DNA of 63,989 nucleotides, the filler included, from Choristocarpus tenellus KU-1152 (Eukaryota > Protista > Phaeophyceae): the NCBI GenBank assembly GCA_964200185.2. It is 12 parts of 12 records of this genome, joined end to end, with 100 filler letters (N's around TTAATTAATTAA, not from the genome) between each part and the next. Parts side by side here need not be neighbours in the genome. Positions count along the whole stretch, not along the records: positions 52,562 to 57,823 come from CAXNAD020011325.1; positions 57,924 to 61,132 come from CAXNAD020021526.1; positions 61,233 to 63,989 come from CAXNAD020025003.1; 9 more parts are not named here. One strand, 5' to 3'. Every line of letters starts with the position of its first letter. The stretch's first letter is position 1. Position numbers and translations under genes: made by a program. The notes below the pieces were generated by a model. It was not told the DNA's origin and searched no databases. It was given only the letters and a program-made list of their open reading frames with translations. Of the stretch, positions 57,089-63,989 are shown one piece after another.

Positions 57089-58519
57089 GTAAGAACTGTA
57101 GTGTGCTTGGATGATATGTTTTGAAGCTACTGTGATGATTGTTCCAGATGTTGTACCTGGGTTGTCTATTCTTTTGGTTGGGTTGATGACTAATCTGGAA
57201 TGTGGGGGGAGCTCCTGACCTCTGCTGTTGGTAAAGTGGGAGAATGACAAGAGTGCTGTATGATGCTATGGTCGTTACGGATGATTATCTGAGTGATTTG
57301 ATACATACATACGTATGTGTGTATGTGTATGTATGTATGTCATCAGTGTTATTTTTTGTAGTTCCAGTGTACTGGGGTCAGTACTGCTATCCTAATATTT
57401 TAAGGCACTTGACAATTCTGGTTGTAGCCGGATTTTTGTGAATGATCATATATATATATATATTGTATCATTTTGCTTGTTTTTTGATGGTCTTCCCATT
57501 ATATACAGTGTGGAGAGACCTTTCCTTTTGCCAGATATATATATATATATATTTATTTATTTATTTATTTATTTTTTCTGAGCAGTTACTGTGGCGTAAC
57601 TAGTACAATCGAGCGGGATGATTTTGTTTGCTCTCTCTCCTTTGAGCTTTTGTTTTTTCGTTGTGGAAGATGTCTTTTATTTTTTCATGTCTTGTCTCTC
57701 TTTACCTACTTACACTGTTGTGTATAGCCCATCTCTTCCCCCTTCACCCCACCACCCCCCCTCCCCCCCCCCCCCTCCAGCAAAATATATATTTATACAT
57801 TTGTATAAATTGATGCTGCTTGGNNNNNNNNNNNNNNNNNNNNNNNNNNNNNNNNNNNNNNNNNNNNTTAATTAATTAANNNNNNNNNNNNNNNNNNNNN
57901 NNNNNNNNNNNNNNNNNNNNNNNGGGTGTTTGGGGGTGGCGGGGGTGAGAGAGTGTTGCTCTCCCTTCTTCTCGGCTTACCGGGGGGGGGGGGGGGGGGG
58001 GGGCAGATCGCAACAAACGATAATTCGGGCATGACTGAGATATTCGTACAAAGAGGTCGATCATCACATAATGTCAACACTTATAAGCGCTCAGCGTTAG
58101 CTTCTTCTTCTACTTGGGGACGATAGCAATACTTGATAAACAATTTAATAATATGGGAAAATAACACTTCTTCTCACTCAGTCGACCATCCATAATGACG
58201 ATGAAACGCCGCCCCAAAAGAATCTGCATCGAAGTACTATTTTTTTCTACCACCTCCACCATTGACAGTCAAACGACTCCACCGACGGCACTAATTATTC
58301 CAGCAAGCAATCGAACGCAGGGCATACATGTGCACGACAATCAAACGAAATCACTGCCGCCCCCCACACATTGTCCTACTACCACCTTCGGCATGGATTA
58401 ACAATCAAAAAGGGGAACCCTTAAAAAGTGCCGCAAAATTTACAAAAAGAAACATATGGGCACATTCCGCGCACCATTTTGGGTAAAATCCATCCTCCAT
58501 TTTGCCGAGACGCTGTTAT

Positions 58520-59188
58520 CTGTGCCATTTTGGGTCAAAAGCGGTTGTAAAGAAACAAGTCGGACAATGGCACCCTAAGTTATGAGACACCTGCTAAAAC
58601 CATCCCACACACCCATTCTTGCCCCAATGTCGACAGGTACAACATCCCTTGTCTACTCTCTGCATCGCTCACCTTTTTCTACGCACTTTAAACCCAAACT
58701 TGTACCCGTTTTCATCAACTGTAAGTTCTCCGATTGGGTGAACAACAAATCTTTCCGTCCCACTAACACACCACGCACGTTTCGAACTCTTATCCTCATT
58801 CTACTTGGCCTGGATCTTGCTTGGTGACGTTCTGATTCCGAAATAGACTGTGGCCTGATGGAATGGTTCCTAGCAAGAGGGAATGGTTACAATCGAATGT
58901 TCTGATGTTTTCTGGAGACGAGGAGGAGAGTTTGGAACGTATGATGTGTAGTGGAACGGGAGATTTTTTTATTCGTTCAGAGTACTTACAACAAGCGAAA
59001 ACGGATATAAATTTGAGAAAAACGGAGGAGGAAACGACTGAGTGATGTGGAGAGTAGACAAGGGGTGTTGTATCTGTCAACATTGAGACGAGAACGGATA
59101 TAGGACGATTTTGCAGGGATCTCATGACAGAGGATCCGTTGTCTAATTTCTTTCCATTATTACCAGTTTTTGGTCCAACATGGTTCAG
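58520..59188. ncRNA. Long imperfect inverted repeat (candidate miRNA/hairpin-siRNA precursor)
   Basis: 58520-~58830 aligns with the reverse complement of ~58860-59188, with one internal loop. The core 58625-58660 vs 59050-59085 is 33/36 identical. No expression evidence. Confidence 0.45.
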
Positions 59189-59516
59189 GTGCACTTATTC
59201 TAGTCTACTTCCCATAACATAAGTAATGATTATCACTTTGGTACGACCATGCAATCAAATGAGAAATATTGCTGTGTCGAATGCCTTGAACCAGTGGTGG
59301 TTGAGGCAGTCGTCTGTCTGAAGTGAAGGAAATAATATTACATTATCCAGAGCATATGTATAAAAGTAATAGTCTTACCCTCAATCTGGGCAGCACATAC
59401 TACTACGTAAAACGAACTTATGTTTAAGAGGTAGGGTCATGGTGTATTAATTTTTTTGTTCATGGAAGATCGGACAGGATACCCAAGTTCAATACTCATC
59501 TCTTGCAGAGAGTTCA

Positions 59517-59660
59517 GTAGCAGTCTTGTTAGACTACTATATCTCAAGAGGAAGTTTAGTCAGTAAGTAGCAGTCTTCTAGACTATTATTTCAAGGAGAA
59601 GCTCAATCAGTAATCAGCAGTCTCGTAGACTCCCTTCTCAAGATGGAGTTTAATCAATAA
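59517..59660. repeat. About 48-bp diverged tandem repeat, 3 copies
   Basis: AGCAGTCT..TAGACT..TCAAG..AG.T.A.TCA.TA repeated three times. Confidence 0.7.
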
Positions 59661-60469
59661 TCTATTGCTCGCTCTCTGTATCGCATAGACCCTGGCATCT
59701 TGCTGGTGGTGATGAAGAATCTTGTGCTTGTTCTCCTTGACTCTCTGTTGCAGCATGTATCGTAGAGTCAGCATATACAGCAGGAATGACCAGAAATAAC
59801 ATGACGAATAAGTATGACCAAGTGCAGAAAGTTTGAAACCCTTCCCCAGTACCGCATAAGGCTCTCTGAGAACTTGATAATAGAGAAGACCCCCTAGCGC
59901 TGCTAACTTCAAGTGATTGAAAACTTCACTTTTCGTGAGGCGGTTTCTAACTCTTCATCATAAGTGCCACACTTAGGAGCACCCTCAGCCCAACAATAAC
60001 TCTTTGAATATGTTGCACGTTGTACTGTCAGAGAAGGCCTATTCCACCAGTATCACAAGTTGGAAGAGGTGTGTTGATGTACCTACTTTACGCGGAAAAT
60101 GGTACTAGTACGATCAAGCACTGGACAACAGATTCCAATAGCTTTGATTGTCTTTTCCCACAATAGTGGTGACGGTTGAGCTCCACCTTACTCCAATGTA
60201 TGCTGAGGATATTCGCTTGTCAGGTAAGGCAACACAAAAATATCATTTTGTTGCATGGTTTTGTACTGATAGGCTTTAGTATGAGCTAGAAGGTGCGGGT
60301 GTGCTACATGTATTATTACATTATCTTCTTAGTCTCACGTTTCCTCCTGACAACTGCACGACACTGACATCTATTAGTCACTCTGTGTATTACCCACCTT
60401 CTGCCACGAGCTTGATATATATATATATATATTGTTAGACTGGATGCAATGAGATACAGTACAATAGGA

Positions 60470-60850
60470 GATATTGAACTACATGATAGGACATCCCCAG
60501 TATGTTTAAATCATCCTTGTATTCAGAAGATATATGGAGTACCTAGGGGATCCACATCCTGAAATGGCTTCAAAATTCTATGAATGAATGCAATACCTTC
60601 AGCGGTAAGTCTACCAGATCATAGCCAGCATATTACAAGGCATAAACCTTTCTTTTCAGATTAAATTGTATCTCCTATCTACACAAGAAGTAGCTTTACT
60701 TCTGAGGAACACCCTATCTAGGGGTCTCCGCATCTTCACCATATACATCGTTTGTCTCGAAAAATATGTGAGCATTGTTTGCCATGTGGTTGTCTAAGAA
60801 CACTACTATAAATGACCGATTACTGCACATCGAAAGCTTTTGCATTGTGT
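60470..60850 (-). mobile_element. Degraded LINE reverse-transcriptase remnant
   Basis: Broken motifs in the expected order on the minus strand: KAFD (~60835), GVPQ (~60705), YA(DD)L-like (~60625) and FKYLG-like (~60500). Confidence 0.45.
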
Positions 60851-61709
60851 ACTCTGTTCATTATATTTATCTGCTGTATTACTTTGATTATTCTTCATGC
60901 AAGTCTTAGAGCTCCTAGACCTGTGGTCAACAGGTAGTCAGAAGCATTACAAAATCCGTCCTTTTATATTGCATGTTTTCAGTGTTGACCCCTACATTAA
61001 ATATTGTACATAGATCTCTGCTAGCACACACCTGTCTTGAAATGCATTCTTGGCAAGGCATATCAGGAGTGACAGAGACGTTATTATCTTGTAGGTAGCG
61101 CACATTTTGTCATGACCCAAAGTATCTGGGGGNNNNNNNNNNNNNNNNNNNNNNNNNNNNNNNNNNNNNNNNNNNNTTAATTAATTAANNNNNNNNNNNN
61201 NNNNNNNNNNNNNNNNNNNNNNNNNNNNNNNNCCGCCGGTCCTGGGGGTGTTGTAAACTAGAGGCCTAAAAATAATTGGTGTTTTCCGTTGTGGAAGGAA
61301 GGTAAGGGGGGGGGGGTTCTGGCGTGTCTTATGTTTTGTTACTGTGTCTGTGGAATGCCATCTGCTGTAGAGATGTCCCTGCCTTTTTTCCTTGGAAGGG
61401 CTCCTGTACTGGAAGGTACAAGAAATCGGGGGGGTTCAGGCCAGCAGTTCTTTTAATAGTTTGAAGGCGTTGCTTCCGTGTTGCTGTGAGGTGCGCAGCT
61501 TTTTTTTCTTTTTGTAGTTTCTTTTGCTTTTGGGGTGTTGGATAAATCGTTCGAAAAGAGAATCTTGAAACTCTCGTGTAGTGTGAATATATTTTATTTT
61601 ATTTTATTTTTGTAACTTTATGTTTTTTTCAATGCGTGACGTGTGACGGAACTGTCATTGTTTTGTATCTACTTATTTATTTATATATTTATTTATTTAT
61701 TTTACACAG

Positions 61710-63543
61710 TTCTTCGTGGCCGTGGAGAAGGAGGAGTGGAAGTTCGATACTCTATGCGATTTGTACGACACTTTAACGGTGACACAGGCTGTCATTTTCT
61801 GCAACACAAAGCGGAAGGTGGGTTAATGGGGGCTTCATTCGCTCCATTTTTTGTTTGAAAGGGTGCTGGGTGTGGATTGAGGGGGGGGGGAGAGCTAGGT
61901 GTATTTGTGTGTGTGTGTGTGTGTGTGTGAGGGTTTGTAGCGTGCTTCGAGTATACAGATGGTGGATGGGTGAAGAGGAGAGGAGTTTGATAGTTTTCTG
62001 ATGGCGTACTTACATGGCGTGTATGTACTTCGGGGGGATGTTACTCTTACTTCTGGAGTGCTTGCTCAACAACTCAACCCATTTCCCCCCATGCCAACTC
62101 TTGCTTTCTGGTAGTACTGTGGGACCTGAGTTTATTGCGACATTTGTATCTGAGTCAACATCCTTTGTACTCCTTGGGTTTTGATGGTATAGGTGTCTAG
62201 GCTCTTGATTGCCCAGCTTGTGTAGCGGAGAACTTTTAGTTTTTTTTTAATTGCAGTTATCGGCTTTCAAGTGAGGTTATTCTCAGTATCTGAGAGTTTG
62301 TTGTTGTCGATAATGGTAATGGTGCAGGTTAAGGTACTAGTAGAGCACAAGTGTTGTGTGAGAAGTGGGGGGAGAGGGGGGGGGGTCGAATCAGACATGA
62401 ATTGTAACATTTGATTTCCTTGGTACTGAGGAGTGTAATTGCAAGACACCAGGATTAAATATATATGTGTGTATATATCGAGATCGGCTGAAACTACATA
62501 CACCAGAACTCTGGTACAGTGGGAAAGGTCGAGGGCATCCCCCTTGACAAATGTACAACTGGGAGTTGTGGATTACTTTAGGCTGCTTGAGGACTTTGAC
62601 AGGGTTGGGTGAAGGACCCAGACACAAATCACGCTCGTGGACGGATTGACCTCAACCATAGTGGATTGCATGGGTTGGTGAGGGTGACATCACAGTGCCT
62701 TGATTGCAACCTGTGTGCTGCCATGAGGGACGGCCAAGTCAACTCTTAGAAGTGGAGTTTTTATACGTTTGGAGCAGTCCCTGTGTGACCAACTGGACTA
62801 GGTCCATCTGTTTGAGAAGGGATTTGATCTGGTTTGTAACCACGTTAGTTTGTATCTTTTTTGTGGGGAGGTAGTACCAACCTGCCCGGTAGTTGGATTT
62901 CAACTCTTTGGACCTTGGATTCTTCCTCTCGCTGCAGGCTAGGGCAGGGTGGATTTGATTGGACAACATTGATAGCTTTGTAAGAAAGGTGGTGAAGATA
63001 CACCAAAGATGCAATGCTGAGACCCAGGAGGGTCTGGCAGAGGCTCTATGCTCAGTGTAAGAGTGTGCCGAGCCACTTGGGTGGCAATGAGTTCAACAAG
63101 GGTCTGCATGAGAAGCAAGAGGATAAGCAGAGAGTAGTGCGTGGAGATAGGACCTTGGTGTCCAAGGGAATGATGTAGTTCTGGCGGTGTACATGTTGGA
63201 TTTGCTCCAGATTTTATAAAGAGCTTACTGGTACAATATTTACAACTTGTCCTATCTTCCCGGGCCTCCTTTCACCCAGGGCGTGACATACCACCCTGCC
63301 CATTTCAGGGCTGTTTACCTTGCCCATTTCAGGGCGTGACTATCAGCTAATTGTGCGTAGTACTCTCTCCTCTCTGCGACCTCTTGAGTCCCCCTGCCCT
63401 ACCTCTCATTGTGCCGTGTTCCATGTGCAGGTGGACTGGCTTACAGCCAAGATGAGAGAGGCCAACTTTACTGTGTCCTCAATGCATGGAGACATGCCTC
63501 AGAAGGAACGAGATGCTATCATGGAGGAGTTCCGCTCGGGAAG
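61710..63543 (+). CDS. EIF4A3: Eukaryotic initiation factor 4A-III (DDX48, exon-junction-complex helicase), two internal exons
   Basis: Exon 61710-61817 encodes [36 protein letters not shown]. Exon 63431-63543 encodes [37 protein letters not shown]. Confidence 0.93.
62450..63200 (-). mobile_element. Non-LTR retrotransposon 3' remnant (restriction-like endonuclease type) in the eIF4A-III intron
   Basis: Frameshifted LRVDLAVP...CDVTLTNP resembles the R-x-D...DVT motif of RLE domains. Boundaries are approximate. Confidence 0.35.
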
Positions 63544-63989
63544 GCGAGACGATCCCCCCTCCCCAAACACTCACAAACTTTTGTTTTGAGCACCTGATAC
63601 GGTGGTTTGTGTGGGTCAGACATGAAGCATGAGAACCGACTTTTTTTACTGGAGATGAAATTGTGTTGGAAATTTTTAGGTTCTAAGATCGATCTCTCGA
63701 TGCAATGTCTCATCCCGTGCATGAGAACCCTTTAACTTTGTCACACCCCTATATAGTACTACAGTGTCCGGTCTGCATATGTTCCTGTGTTAGACACGCT
63801 TTGAAGTTTTGGTGTGGGTGCGCCTTGTTGTTGGCTGGATGTGATAATATAGACTGTAGGTGATGGGGGTGTTTTGCGTATCTTAACATCTCCCCCTTGA
63901 GTCAAAGTATCTGGGGGGGGGGGGCGGCTGTCCATTTGAGGCCAATTTTTTCGTGTCGCGATTTTTGGGTTATTTGGTTGTAGACGTCG

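Noticed and set aside
58582-59194. Two opposed ORFs with similar peptides as paralogous genes
   Set aside because: The similarity comes from the DNA inverted repeat. The frames are short and lack splice or family support.

Overview
Eukaryotic, intron-rich DNA made of 12 contig pieces joined by artificial 100-bp linkers (N44-TTAATTAATTAA-N44), so adjacency across linkers is not guaranteed. An ASAFAP-type plastid-targeting presequence and TTAGGG repeats suggest an ochrophyte, probably a brown alga or close relative (inference). I spliced genes by hand: an ankyrin-repeat gene end, a 10-exon PKA-catalytic-like kinase, a coiled-coil/LRR protein, a head-to-head pair (parvulin-rhodanese fusion and SSB), an ataxin-10-like gene, GCP6, a divergent RME-8/DNAJC13-like gene, eIF4A-III and two unknown proteins. 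Non-coding content includes one intact tRNA-Pro(CGG), one degenerate tRNA-Val-like element, two ~260-bp MITE families with GAG...CTC ends (4-bp TSDs in family A; Sola2-like), retroelement remnants, several tandem arrays and a ~670-nt foldback. The most striking signal is about 18 short interstitial (TTAGGG)2-4 tracts. Several are flanked by target-site duplications, one is head-to-head, and one was written into a MITE TIR. Together these suggest frequent telomerase-templated insertion at internal DNA breaks.
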